This document shows, piece after piece, positions 55,135 through 63,272 of a DNA stretch of 64,000 bases. The stretch comes from a virus. The stretch's first letter is position 1; each line of letters starts with the position of its first letter. The notes under the pieces were generated by a model. The model had not been told where the DNA came from. It was given only the letters and a program-made list of their open reading frames with translations, and did no database searches. The DNA lies in IMG/VR virus record IMGVR_UViG_3300017783_000003, positions 1 to 64,000 of that record. One strand, 5' to 3'. A program made the translations under genes and the position numbers.

Positions 55135-56614
55135 ATTATGTGAGCATGACTCTAATGTTACTTACACTGATGGAGTAAAGGTAAGATATTATAAATTAGA
55201 ACGTGACTCACAAATCAAACACCATGGATATGATGATCTGACATCATGGAGTTATCTTATCAAACGATGGGACATTACACCATCTGAAGTGGATGCTATT
55301 GGTATTGTCATTGATGGTGATCAGTATCCAGATCTCAAGATTGATGAGTCTATTACTCATCAATATATTGATATACCTGATTTTGAAAGATTAGGGTTTG
55401 AATGTCCAGTGCATAGAATAGACCATCACATGGCACATGCTTTAAGTTTGTGGACAGAAGGTGAAGAAGCACATTTAGGCATGGTATTTGATGGGTTTGG
55501 TGATGACAATGCATCACACTCTATATTCTGGAATACTGATAGAAGAACAGTATATAATAATGATGATTGCATGAGTCTTGGACAGATCATGCCACATTAT
55601 GCAGGAAACTACATGAATATTGAAGGCAGTCCTTATGATCTTGCTGGTAAATTGATGGCATTGAAGGGATTCTCTAAGATATTAGATAATAATCATTTAC
55701 TTGGTCAATTAGAATGCTTATCAATTGAACATCTTAATCATGTATGGGGTGTGTATGGATTTGGAAGGATGTCATGGGAGCGTAAATGTGATTTCATTGG
55801 TTTATGGCATGAAGCAACTGAACGCATTTTTGCAAAATACTTTGCTTCGCAAGATGCATATACAATATCATTTAGTGGAGGTGTTGCACAGAATACATTA
55901 ATCAATACTGCCATTAAAGATGCATGTGCTCTTAGAAATAAAAGATTAATTGTACCACCACATAGTAGTGATGAAGGTCTTAGTCTTGGTATTGTAGAAT
56001 ATCTTAGACAACACCATGACCAGGAAGAGTTTGACCGCACTGGTTTCCCATTCTGGCAGGATGATGAGGTTCCAGACAGTGTGCCATCAGATAAAACTAT
56101 AAACGAAGTTGCACACATGCTTGCAAATGGTGCTATAGTTGGATGGTATCAAGGACATGGGGAGGTTGGATCAAGAGCACTAGGCAACCGTAGCATACTA
56201 ATGGATCCATCAATAAAAAATGGTAAAGACATTATAAACAAGAAAGTTAAGCATCGTGAGTGGTTTAGACCATTTGGTGCATCTATTCTTGAAGATGATG
56301 TTGATATCTATTTCAAATGGACGGATCCTTCGCCATATATGTTATATGTTGCTAATACAAGAGAACCTGATCGATTTCCATCTGTTGCACATATAGATGG
56401 GACATGTAGAATACAAACTGTTGATCAATCACATACACATTTTCATAGATTGATTGACAAATTTAAAACTATCACAGGAATGCCAATGTTATTGAACACA
56501 TCATTAAATAATAATGGTAAACCTATTGCAGGACACATTCAAGATGCTGTAAATCTATTACATACATCTGAATTAGATTGTGTAGTTGCTGGTAACGAGA
56601 TTATTAAACGATGA
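55115..56614 (+). CDS. Carbamoyltransferase (NodU/CmcH family)
   Basis: HDS, LER, DHHMAHA, DGFGD, GKLMAL, SGGVAQN, GSRALGNRSIL, KHREWFRPFG, H.DGTCRIQTV, LNTSLN..GKPI. Confidence 0.93.
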   Translation: MKFIGLRLCEHDSNVTYTDGVKVRYYKLERDSQIKHHGYDDLTSWSYLIKRWDITPSEVDAIGIVIDGDQYPDLKIDESITHQYIDIPDFERLGFECPVHRIDHHMAHALSLWTEGEEAHLGMVFDGFGDDNASHSIFWNTDRRTVYNNDDCMSLGQIMPHYAGNYMNIEGSPYDLAGKLMALKGFSKILDNNHLLGQLECLSIEHLNHVWGVYGFGRMSWERKCDFIGLWHEATERIFAKYFASQDAYTISFSGGVAQNTLINTAIKDACALRNKRLIVPPHSSDEGLSLGIVEYLRQHHDQEEFDRTGFPFWQDDEVPDSVPSDKTINEVAHMLANGAIVGWYQGHGEVGSRALGNRSILMDPSIKNGKDIINKKVKHREWFRPFGASILEDDVDIYFKWTDPSPYMLYVANTREPDRFPSVAHIDGTCRIQTVDQSHTHFHRLIDKFKTITGMPMLLNTSLNNNGKPIAGHIQDAVNLLHTSELDCVVAGNEIIKR

Positions 56615-56823
56615 ACAAAACCTTTATCACCACAGTACAACAGTATGGCAACACGGAAGACTACTTCATCGAAATCCCCGAAGAAATCACCAAAGAAAAC
56701 GGATGGGAAGAAGGTGACACGATCGATTGGAAAATCGAAAACAACACCATCATCATTACCAAAGTCAAAGAAACCGACACCAACACCAAGGAAGAGGAAG
56801 ACAACAAAGAAACAACCATTTAA
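56611..56823 (+). CDS. AbrB/MazE-like DNA-binding small protein
   Basis: T.VQQYGN...YFIEIPEEI....GWEEGD.IDW.IENNTIII.K swapped-hairpin pattern. Confidence 0.78.
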   Translation: MNKTFITTVQQYGNTEDYFIEIPEEITKENGWEEGDTIDWKIENNTIIITKVKETDTNTKEEEDNKETTI

Positions 56824-57016
56824 GGTCATGAATAGTAGGAAGAAAGAACTCTTCCCATGGATAGAAACATTCCCATACTTCCTGCAAGATCTTACTGAGA
56901 ATAAAAAATGTTGGTTTACATGTGAAGAACATGCTGAGAAATATGTTGATAGATATAACTGTAAATATAAACTCTACAAATACACAGGAACATATATAAA
57001 AGAACCTGTGGTATGA
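56645..57016 (+). CDS. Hypothetical protein with Lys-rich N-terminal arm (start could instead be 56828)
   Basis: C-terminal FP..L.D....KKCWF.CEEH..KY..RY domain; K/S/T/P-rich arm overlaps the AbrB-like gene. Confidence 0.6.
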   Translation: MATRKTTSSKSPKKSPKKTDGKKVTRSIGKSKTTPSSLPKSKKPTPTPRKRKTTKKQPFKVMNSRKKELFPWIETFPYFLQDLTENKKCWFTCEEHAEKYVDRYNCKYKLYKYTGTYIKEPVV

Positions 57017-57020
57017 AATA

Positions 57021-57161
57021 ATGCAATACGAGGACTTACAAGACTACATTACATCACTTGAGGACAGGATTTATAGATTAGAGGAAGAGGATGTTGTCAC
57101 ATCTAATCTCTTGTATGAATTAGAAAATAGACTGACCATTTTAGAGAAGGATAATAAATAA
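57021..57161 (+). CDS. 46-aa coiled-coil peptide (not in ORF track)
   Basis: MQYEDLQDYITSLEDRIYRLEEEDVVTSNLLYELENRLTILEKDNK heptad pattern. Confidence 0.6.
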   Translation: MQYEDLQDYITSLEDRIYRLEEEDVVTSNLLYELENRLTILEKDNK

Positions 57162-57188
57162 CGTTGTAATAGTTCATTTATATTAATT

Positions 57189-57317
57189 ATGAATACTTTT
57201 TTAACAATTATTGCCACTAGTGTTATTTCTGTAGGTGGTTGGGAAATTGCTCATGGAGCATTTCATCTAGATGGCATTAATATCCATTGTCACACAGATA
57301 TTTGTCATTCTCACTAA
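57189..57317 (+). CDS. 42-aa His/Cys-tailed membrane peptide (not in ORF track)
   Basis: MNTFLTIIATSVISVGGWEIAHGAFHLDGINIHCHTDICHSH; TAAATA at 57155. Confidence 0.6.
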   Translation: MNTFLTIIATSVISVGGWEIAHGAFHLDGINIHCHTDICHSH

Positions 57318-57322
57318 TTATA

Positions 57323-57379
57323 GACAGTTTAAGAACTGACACATGGGGGGCAGACGCCCTCCTTTTTTGTGTGTATATT
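57323..57379 (+). promoter_or_regulatory. Early palindromic box with -10 element (copy 1), enclosing a terminator hairpin
   Basis: GACAgtttaagaacTGACACA, 30 nt, TATATT; GGGGGG-CAGACG-CCCTCC-T6 in the spacer. Confidence 0.65.
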
Positions 57380-57401
57380 ATCAATGTCTGCTATATACAT
57401 C

Positions 57402-57605
57402 ATGCAACTAACTTCCGATGAATGTGACTTCTTGATTGAACTTCTTCAACGTGCTCTCCCGAGTGACGTGGAAGAATGTGAGAAATTCTTTGAGGTTGAC
57501 GCCCTGGTTATTCAGGGTAAACTGTGGGACCAGTCTGAAGAACAGACTCGGTTCCGTTTTGATGATGTTTCTTTTGATGATGTCTGTGAAGTTCTCCACC
57601 GTTGA
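57402..57605 (+). CDS. Hypothetical early protein
   Basis: First ATG downstream of the early promoter. Confidence 0.6.
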   Translation: MQLTSDECDFLIELLQRALPSDVEECEKFFEVDALVIQGKLWDQSEEQTRFRFDDVSFDDVCEVLHR

Positions 57606-57780
57606 CAACAAGGTTCTCACTCAACTTATTGAGAACCTTGACATTGCTATTAAAAAATGTTATGATGAGCCCCAGAACGATCCTGACTGCGGGTATGCTT
57701 ATGCCACTGGTTACGCTAGTTCATGTATGACAACCACTAAAGAAATTCTCTCTCATGTATTACACTCTCAAGCAACTTAA
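57577..57780 (+). CDS. Hypothetical early protein
   Basis: LIENL..AI..C....GYAYATGY motif. Confidence 0.6.
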   Translation: MMSVKFSTVDNKVLTQLIENLDIAIKKCYDEPQNDPDCGYAYATGYASSCMTTTKEILSHVLHSQAT

Positions 57781-58054
57781 AGAATTTGTAGACGATAGAT
57801 TACAATTATTTCCAGAGGAAAGTCCTATTGCAATCTATTACCTCTTGCCTGAAGACATTACTGCAAAACATCATATCACTGGTGAAACTATCAGTGTGAC
57901 TAATGAGCAGAAAAATCTTATGCTACAAAAGATTGGTAATATGGGAGAACCTGATCAAATTATCAGTCATGCTAAGTATGAAGAAATTGACAAGATTACA
58001 TCACTATTCCAAAGCACTTTAGTTGAAGAAGAACCCAACACCGATGATGATTAA
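57755..58054 (+). CDS. Hypothetical early protein
   Basis: TLKQLKEFVD..L...PEESPIA motif; tightly packed ORF. Confidence 0.6.
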   Translation: MYYTLKQLKEFVDDRLQLFPEESPIAIYYLLPEDITAKHHITGETISVTNEQKNLMLQKIGNMGEPDQIISHAKYEEIDKITSLFQSTLVEEEPNTDDD

Positions 58055-58298
58055 TCTAGACAGTCTAACACATGAGTTTAAGGAGCAACTTGCGGAAGAC
58101 TGTGAAGACTATCTTCTTCACAGACATATTCCGCTACACTCACACAGTTATGATAACATCATCCGTCAAGCATTTAAGGAAGGTTATCAAGTAGATCGCT
58201 TTGATCGGTTTGTTAACAAACCTTATGCTAAAGTTTCCGCTGCTTCAGATCAAAATGTAGCACTGACTGAACTTAGAGAAATGTTTGACGCTCTATGA
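58044..58298 (+). CDS. Hypothetical early protein
   Basis: LAEDCEDYLLHRHIPL.SHSYDNII. Confidence 0.6.
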   Translation: MMINLDSLTHEFKEQLAEDCEDYLLHRHIPLHSHSYDNIIRQAFKEGYQVDRFDRFVNKPYAKVSAASDQNVALTELREMFDAL

Positions 58299-58313
58299 TT
58301 ACGGAATAATCAC

Positions 58314-58517
58314 ATGAACCACGGACCCCACTATCAAATCTTGCATCTACCCACAAATCAACCTATTAGATACAAGGGTGATATTGGGTTCAATTCTTGT
58401 GATGAAGCAAAGAGAGTGATGAATGAATTTCATAAGGAAGAGATTAACGGTAGATTGGAGACCAATGTAAGATATAATGATTGTCGCATAGTTGCAAGAC
58501 ACGGTTATCTATTCTAA
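58314..58517 (+). CDS. Hypothetical early protein
   Basis: Packed ORF ending at the next palindromic box. Confidence 0.5.
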   Translation: MNHGPHYQILHLPTNQPIRYKGDIGFNSCDEAKRVMNEFHKEEINGRLETNVRYNDCRIVARHGYLF

Positions 58518-58571
58518 CCACTTGCTGAACTGTCCACTCAATCGCCATAGGGCATGAAAATGCTCTATATT
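58517..58571 (+). promoter_or_regulatory. Early palindromic box with -10 element (copy 2)
   Basis: ACCActtgctgaacTGTCCAC, 28 nt, TATATT. Confidence 0.6.
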
Positions 58572-58597
58572 ATATTCATACCAAAGGGAACCACCCA

Positions 58598-59005
58598 ATG
58601 AACACCACACTCACCAATGAACTTGTGGAAGACTACACAGTCATGTTGTGTGATGCTCTCTACATGAACTTCAAAGAGTACCAGATCCGTGCTCACAAGC
58701 GTAGCATCGCTAATGACATCAACATGGACTATCATCAGTCCAAGATCGATTACATCATGGACAATGGTGCAGACATCGAATTCTATGTTAAGCGTGGTCG
58801 TCGTTACCTGAAGGTCATGATGAAGGATAGTGGTGGACATGGGTCTGTTCATGCCTTCATTGATCGTAGCAGTGGTAATGTGTTTAAACCCGCATCTATC
58901 AATGCACCAGCGAAAGGAATACGCTATAATATCCTTAAGGAAGGCGATCGTGAGTATCTCTACACTCATGCCGACTGGTCTGGTGGTTATCTGTATGTCA
59001 GATAA
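58598..59005 (+). CDS. Conserved phage early protein
   Basis: GRRYLKV...SVHAFIDR..G.V.KPAS..APAKG.RYN...ADW.GGYLY family pattern. Confidence 0.85.
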   Translation: MNTTLTNELVEDYTVMLCDALYMNFKEYQIRAHKRSIANDINMDYHQSKIDYIMDNGADIEFYVKRGRRYLKVMMKDSGGHGSVHAFIDRSSGNVFKPASINAPAKGIRYNILKEGDREYLYTHADWSGGYLYVR

Positions 59006-59040
59006 TCAACACATTTTCTACACAATTCACTGATTTTATC

Positions 59041-59229
59041 ATGCAATTTCAAAAGAAACCTTTCCCTCTTGGCACCAGCAATCCTTACATTGTACGTGGC
59101 ATCATTGGTTCTCATAAATGGGAACTAATCATTCGTGAATCACGTATTCGTATTGGCACTTATGCTAGTGAAAACGATGCTATTGATGTGCGTCGTATCA
59201 TGCTCCGTCGTGAAGGTTACGACGCATGA
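59041..59229 (+). CDS. Hypothetical early protein
   Basis: NPY.V.GI.GSH.W.L motif; packed ORF. Confidence 0.6.
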   Translation: MQFQKKPFPLGTSNPYIVRGIIGSHKWELIIRESRIRIGTYASENDAIDVRRIMLRREGYDA

Positions 59230-59366
59230 TTTGTGAAGTAAAACTGTACAAGGCAGGCAAAGTATTTGTCGAGACTGTACATGCAAGTAACTACCAAGAT
59301 GCAAGAGAAACTGCTCTTGCACGTAACCCTAATGCTAGTATTGTAGGTGTCACTGCTAAACTTTAA
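59226..59366 (+). CDS. 46-aa conserved cyanophage peptide (not in ORF track)
   Basis: MICEVKLYKAGKVFVETVHASNYQDARETALARNPNASIVGVTAKL. Confidence 0.75.
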   Translation: MICEVKLYKAGKVFVETVHASNYQDARETALARNPNASIVGVTAKL

Positions 59367-59367
59367 C

Positions 59368-59529
59368 ATGGTAACCACACTCTCATACAATGAGTCAGAA
59401 TTTCTGATCTCTGCTATGCAACATCTATCCACAAAGAATGAGGCATTTCTACAACAGCAATGTGATGTAGACTCATCTAACCTGTACCAGAAACTACTCA
59501 ACATCATGGAGATTCAATGTGATGAATGA
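59368..59529 (+). CDS. Hypothetical early protein
   Basis: Packed ORF, L..NE.EFLIS..Q motif. Confidence 0.55.
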   Translation: MVTTLSYNESEFLISAMQHLSTKNEAFLQQQCDVDSSNLYQKLLNIMEIQCDE

Positions 59530-59656
59530 AGAACAACTGGACATCCTACAGCAGTATGAAGACGGAGACATTGATTGTCTCTTTGTCAAAGCAATCGAAG
59601 AAGAAGCAGCACGTCTTGAAGTAACAGTTGATTACTTCATGTACGAGTTTCTCTAA
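59522..59656 (+). CDS. 44-aa acidic peptide (not in ORF track)
   Basis: Ends IEEEAARLEVTVDYFMYEFL, a recurrent cyanophage motif. Confidence 0.65.
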   Translation: MNEEQLDILQQYEDGDIDCLFVKAIEEEAARLEVTVDYFMYEFL

Positions 59657-59683
59657 ATAAATCCATTCAGACACTGAACTATC

Positions 59684-59836
59684 ATGGTCGTATCAACGGA
59701 ACAAGCAAACTCTCTCATTCACGAAATGGAAGATCTAGTTAAATTTCTCCAAGATGAAAATGCAAGACTAAGAGTCGAGAATACGATCCTAAAGGATCAA
59801 GCGGACCTACCTGCGACTTTAGAATATGATTGTTGA
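59684..59836 (+). CDS. 50-aa coiled-coil peptide (not in ORF track)
   Basis: MEDLVKFLQDENARLRVENTILK heptads; TAAATA upstream. Confidence 0.55.
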   Translation: MVVSTEQANSLIHEMEDLVKFLQDENARLRVENTILKDQADLPATLEYDC

Positions 59837-60083
59837 TGTAGTACATGATTTCGATAAACATCTCCAATCAGGACATGTTTATGAACTTAACATTGATTTG
59901 CCCATGAGTGACGGGGAGAGTGACACTTTCTATTCCGTCAACACATATGTTATTGCGTCATCACCCGAACAAGCACACTACATTGCTGCCTGTTTGTATC
60001 CAGACTCTCTCAGCATATGCTATGAAGAACAACCGATCACCGAGCGAAGATATGTATCCAGTCGGAGCACATGTGAAGATTAA
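59826..60083 (+). CDS. Hypothetical protein
   Basis: YVIA....QAHYIA..LYPD motif; packed ORF. Confidence 0.6.
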   Translation: MIVDVVHDFDKHLQSGHVYELNIDLPMSDGESDTFYSVNTYVIASSPEQAHYIAACLYPDSLSICYEEQPITERRYVSSRSTCED

Positions 60084-60225
60084 TGGTGTTCTTGGTCGTG
60101 TAGTCTTTTCTGATCCAGAATTACATACTATGTCTATCTGTATTCATGAACATCCTACTGACAGAAGCAAGAACACATGCCTTATCCATCAACCAGGACT
60201 CTCAAACGTTATTGAACCAGCATGA
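60052..60225 (+). CDS. Hypothetical small beta protein
   Basis: MYPVGAHV...GRVVF......SICI; internal ATG of the 59908 ORF. Confidence 0.55.
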   Translation: MYPVGAHVKINGVLGRVVFSDPELHTMSICIHEHPTDRSKNTCLIHQPGLSNVIEPA

Positions 60226-60365
60226 CTTATCAAGAAGATCTCACTGTCGATTATTACAATGACGAAACACTTCGTCTCAAGATCCTACATGAAGCAGAGG
60301 AAATGATCTGCTACCAACCACAAGAAGATGAAGACCTGATTCAACTGCTTGACAATTTCGATTAA
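60222..60365 (+). CDS. 47-aa acidic peptide (not in ORF track)
   Basis: ATGA overlap; MTYQEDLTVDYYNDETLRLKILHEAEE... Confidence 0.5.
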   Translation: MTYQEDLTVDYYNDETLRLKILHEAEEMICYQPQEDEDLIQLLDNFD

Positions 60366-60377
60366 CTCTGCTACAAT
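60349..60377 (+). promoter_or_regulatory. Sigma70-type promoter
   Basis: TTGACA-17-TACAAT with an extended TG; AGGAGG SD downstream. Confidence 0.75.
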
Positions 60378-60404
60378 CTGAAGACACCACTCTAGGAGGA
60401 ACCC

Positions 60405-60641
60405 ATGGTCTATGATGACTGTATGTACATTGTTGTAGGAAATATAGCGTTGGCGATAGACTACTCTGGTACAGCAATTTCTGCAGACATCATTCAAGAT
60501 GGTGACGTGGAATATGTTGACTGGGATGGTGCTGATCCTATTGATTGGATTGACCTACCACCAACACAATATGAATATTTTAAATCTTGTGTAGACTTCC
60601 TACAACAATTCTCTAACCAACCACAGGTATTCACTAAATGA
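60405..60641 (+). CDS. Hypothetical protein
   Basis: Strong SD AGGAGG. Confidence 0.7.
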   Translation: MVYDDCMYIVVGNIALAIDYSGTAISADIIQDGDVEYVDWDGADPIDWIDLPPTQYEYFKSCVDFLQQFSNQPQVFTK

Positions 60642-60856
60642 GACCATCCATTGTTGCCGATCACTTGAAAGAACTTATGGTTATTGTGGATGATAAACCA
60701 CAACCTAGAGAAGATCTCTCTACTAGAGAAAGAACTCTCTATTGGAGATATCATGGATATTTCCCTAATGAGTTTGCAAGAGCAGTTGCTGACATGATTG
60801 CTCCTAAGAAATTTATCTCTTATGATCATCTTCAGAATGTACTGACTTATGAATAG
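60638..60856 (+). CDS. Hypothetical protein
   Basis: ATGA overlap; LYW..HGYFP..FA.A. Confidence 0.65.
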   Translation: MRPSIVADHLKELMVIVDDKPQPREDLSTRERTLYWRYHGYFPNEFARAVADMIAPKKFISYDHLQNVLTYE

Positions 60857-61052
60857 TAAACAAACAAAAGAACAAGAGTCTGTTTCTAGACAGTCTGACC
60901 AAATCCTCCTATATTTCCAAGATCGTTTCCAAGAACTTATGGAAGATGATCGTATGGAAGATGCTATCGCCATTGGTGATGAATACTTAGAGTGGATTAA
61001 AGGTGATGATGATACTGTCTTCCTATATTACAATGAACACGAACTTAAATGA
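60849..61052 (+). CDS. Hypothetical protein
   Basis: Overlaps both neighbours; DAIAIG.E.LEW motif. Confidence 0.6.
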   Translation: MNSKQTKEQESVSRQSDQILLYFQDRFQELMEDDRMEDAIAIGDEYLEWIKGDDDTVFLYYNEHELK

Positions 61053-61639
61053 TTGACCTGTTTCCCACACCACTCTACATTGAACCAATTACAATAGAAG
61101 AAAACAATTGGGATAATATACGTATGGAGTCGTGTGGGAATGGTCTCACATCTGTTAGTCGAAACATTTTAAATATTCTCCCACTGTTAACTCAACAAGT
61201 ATACTATCATATAGATCAATACTTACAGTTGACAGGACATAAGACAAAAATTAATATTACATCATCATGGTTGAACTTTCATCGTTACATGGACTATGCT
61301 CAAACTCATTACCATTCTAACTCAATCATCTCTGGTGTGATATTCATTGTAATACCACCTAACAGTGGTAATTTCTGTATTCGTAAACCACACTCATTTA
61401 CCAAAGATTTCTCTATGGTAACTAAACTGAATACAACACATGATACATCATACAATACAGAAGAATTCATACTTAAACCAATGAATAATACCATTGCATT
61501 GTTTCCTTCTGTACTACAACATGATGTAACACCTAATTACACTGATCATACTCGAATTACCTTAGCATTTGACTGTGTACCAGCAGAATTATGCACATCA
61601 TATGGTAACTCACCATTAAACATCAGTTATTATTCTTAA
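61049..61639 (+). CDS. Putative 2OG-Fe(II) oxygenase (TIGR02466-like)
   Basis: LFPTP, SWLN, HYHSNSIISGV, LFPS.L.H.V, RITLAFD. Confidence 0.85.
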   Translation: MIDLFPTPLYIEPITIEENNWDNIRMESCGNGLTSVSRNILNILPLLTQQVYYHIDQYLQLTGHKTKINITSSWLNFHRYMDYAQTHYHSNSIISGVIFIVIPPNSGNFCIRKPHSFTKDFSMVTKLNTTHDTSYNTEEFILKPMNNTIALFPSVLQHDVTPNYTDHTRITLAFDCVPAELCTSYGNSPLNISYYS

Positions 61640-61722
61640 GAATGTTTTTACACAGTTACTCAGTATACTCCGTAAAGGCACTCCGTAGTGACTGTAAGGG
61701 TTATTTGTGATACACTTTGAGG

Positions 61723-61757
61723 TTTTCAACAGGGTCTGTGGAAAAACCTGTGGAAAA
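61723..61757. other. Cluster of DnaA-box-like 9-mers
   Basis: TTTTCAACA (61723) and two TGTGGAAAA (61737, 61749; reverse complement TTTTCCACA). Confidence 0.5.
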
Positions 61758-61849
61758 CTAAATGTATTAAAAAACATAGGTAATGTATTGTAATGTACGG
61801 AGGTCTAGTTGCCTTAGCACGCCAGTCACCGAAAGTCAAGGAGCAATAT

Positions 61850-61905
61850 GACAGTCCTCCAAGTGGCACAGAGACCTTGACAAACCCTCGGAAATCGAGT
61901 ATATT
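61850..61905 (+). promoter_or_regulatory. Early palindromic box with sigma70 promoter (copy 3)
   Basis: GACAgtcctccaagTGGCACA then TTGACA-17-TATATT. Confidence 0.7.
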
Positions 61906-62027
61906 GGGTACATCGAGGTTGAGGGATTGGCAACTTTCCTAAAAGTTCGATAAATCAGAAATCTCAAAAACTTAAAAAGTTTAAATAATGAGATTTTTTA
62001 ATTTTAAAAGTTAACCATTAACCATCT

Positions 62028-62264
62028 ATGACTTCTTTCACTAATTTGACTTCATCTGCTATTAACAAAGTAGAAGTAAATGACAGTAATGTTATGATTA
62101 CTTACACTACTAGTGGTAATGAATACAAATATGCTCTAAATGGTATTAATAGTGTTGATTTTGTCAATACTATGAATGATATTGTCCAAAATGGTCGTTC
62201 TGTTGGCAAATTCGTCAACAAATCGATCAAAGAGGACAAAACTCTTCAGATTATCTCAATCTGA
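62028..62264 (+). CDS. KTSC-like small protein
   Basis: SSAI..V......V.ITY..SG.EY.Y ... SVGKFVN. Confidence 0.7.
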   Translation: MTSFTNLTSSAINKVEVNDSNVMITYTTSGNEYKYALNGINSVDFVNTMNDIVQNGRSVGKFVNKSIKEDKTLQIISI

Positions 62265-62293
62265 CTCTAAATAGTACACAATTTCACCGAACA

Positions 62294-62455
62294 ATGGCAA
62301 AATCGAGTCAAAAATACACTGAATCCCCTAAAGAAACCTTTCGGGATGATTACGAGGATTTCGGTTATCAAGTCCAGAATAAGAAGCGTTATTCAAAAAG
62401 AAATAAACGCAAATCTAAATTCAAAGACGATGATGTGTACGCAGACTATGAATGA
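62294..62455 (+). CDS. 53-aa highly charged peptide (not in ORF track)
   Basis: MAKSSQKY...FRDDYEDFGY...KKRYSKRNKRKSKFKDDD; TAAATA at about 62268. Confidence 0.6.
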   Translation: MAKSSQKYTESPKETFRDDYEDFGYQVQNKKRYSKRNKRKSKFKDDDVYADYE

Positions 62456-62488
62456 TACCAAAGTATGATGAATGATGCATCCCACCCA

Positions 62489-62544
62489 ACCAGTTCTAGA
62501 GGTGGCACACAGTCGCTTCCAGAGGGGTCTGGTGGGACTATTGT
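62489..62544 (+). promoter_or_regulatory. Early palindromic box with -10 element (copy 4)
   Basis: ACCAgttctagaggTGGCACA, 29 nt, TATTGT. Confidence 0.62.
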
Positions 62545-62569
62545 AGACAAGAGTCAACCAACGAATTCA

Positions 62570-62737
62570 ATGAAGGACTACGGCAACGGCATCCACGCTT
62601 CAAGTGACTGGTTAGCAGACATTGCTCGTCAGTGCATTGAGCGTGAGATGATGCAACGTCAAGCACGTCTAGCATCATACAAAGATGACGATGACAGTGG
62701 ACAGTGGGGAATCTGGAACATCAGCGACAGACATTGA
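62570..62737 (+). CDS. Hypothetical early protein
   Basis: MKDYGNGIHAS...GQWGIWNISDRH; first ATG after the promoter. Confidence 0.65.
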   Translation: MKDYGNGIHASSDWLADIARQCIEREMMQRQARLASYKDDDDSGQWGIWNISDRH

Positions 62738-62755
62738 CCCCTGACCCTGTAGACT
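62700..62755 (+). promoter_or_regulatory. Early palindromic box with -10 element (copy 5, degenerate, partly within a coding 3' end)
   Basis: GACAgtggggaatcTGGAACA, 29 nt, TAGACT. Confidence 0.55.
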
Positions 62756-62779
62756 AATCAAGTAAACAAACACAAGACC

Positions 62780-63001
62780 ATGAACGACACGCTGATCAAC
62801 TTCCGAGACGAAGCACTCCGCCTAGTGGAAGAGGGACACGATGCCCAGCACATGTTGCTCTGCTGCTTAAAGTACATGAGTCAGGATGATGTTGAGGACA
62901 TGCTTAAGATGAATGAATTCATGAATCCTCCAGAAATGGAAGAAGATGAAGATGATTGGTTTACTGATCCTAACAGTGTTGCAAGTTATCATCATTATTG
63001 A
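62780..63001 (+). CDS. Hypothetical early protein
   Basis: RD.AL.LVEEG....ML.CCLKYMSQDDV.DML..NE motif. Confidence 0.75.
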   Translation: MNDTLINFRDEALRLVEEGHDAQHMLLCCLKYMSQDDVEDMLKMNEFMNPPEMEEDEDDWFTDPNSVASYHHY

Positions 63002-63161
63002 AAACTTGTAAAAGTCAGAAAGTGAGATTTTTAAGAAAGTTAATTATCTCACTTTTTTCAATATTAAACTTTAAACATATTCTTTTACTATTAAACTTTA
63101 ACTGTTAAACTATAATAAGAAAATAGATTATTAAATAACAATATATTAACAATATACAATA

Positions 63162-63272
63162 TATTACTAATATAAACATACTGTCTATTACTAATACTAA
63201 CTCTCTAAGTATTACTAATACAAACTCACTGTCTATTACTAATACTAACTCACTGTGTATTAGTAATACTAA
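63162..63272. repeat. 24-bp tandem repeat (about 4.6 copies) in an AT-rich intergenic region
   Basis: Units start at 63162, 63186, 63210, 63234 and 63258; consensus TATTACTAATACTAACTCACTGTC. Confidence 0.9.

Noticed and set aside
62465-62569. N-terminal extension of the 62465 ORF
   Set aside because: It runs through the palindromic box and -10 element; the ATG at 62570 is the likelier start.
63162-63272. Possible CRISPR mini-array
   Set aside because: Units are contiguous 24-bp copies without unique spacers, and there is no cas operon. The PD-(D/E)xK nuclease at 7405 is a core T4-like gene.
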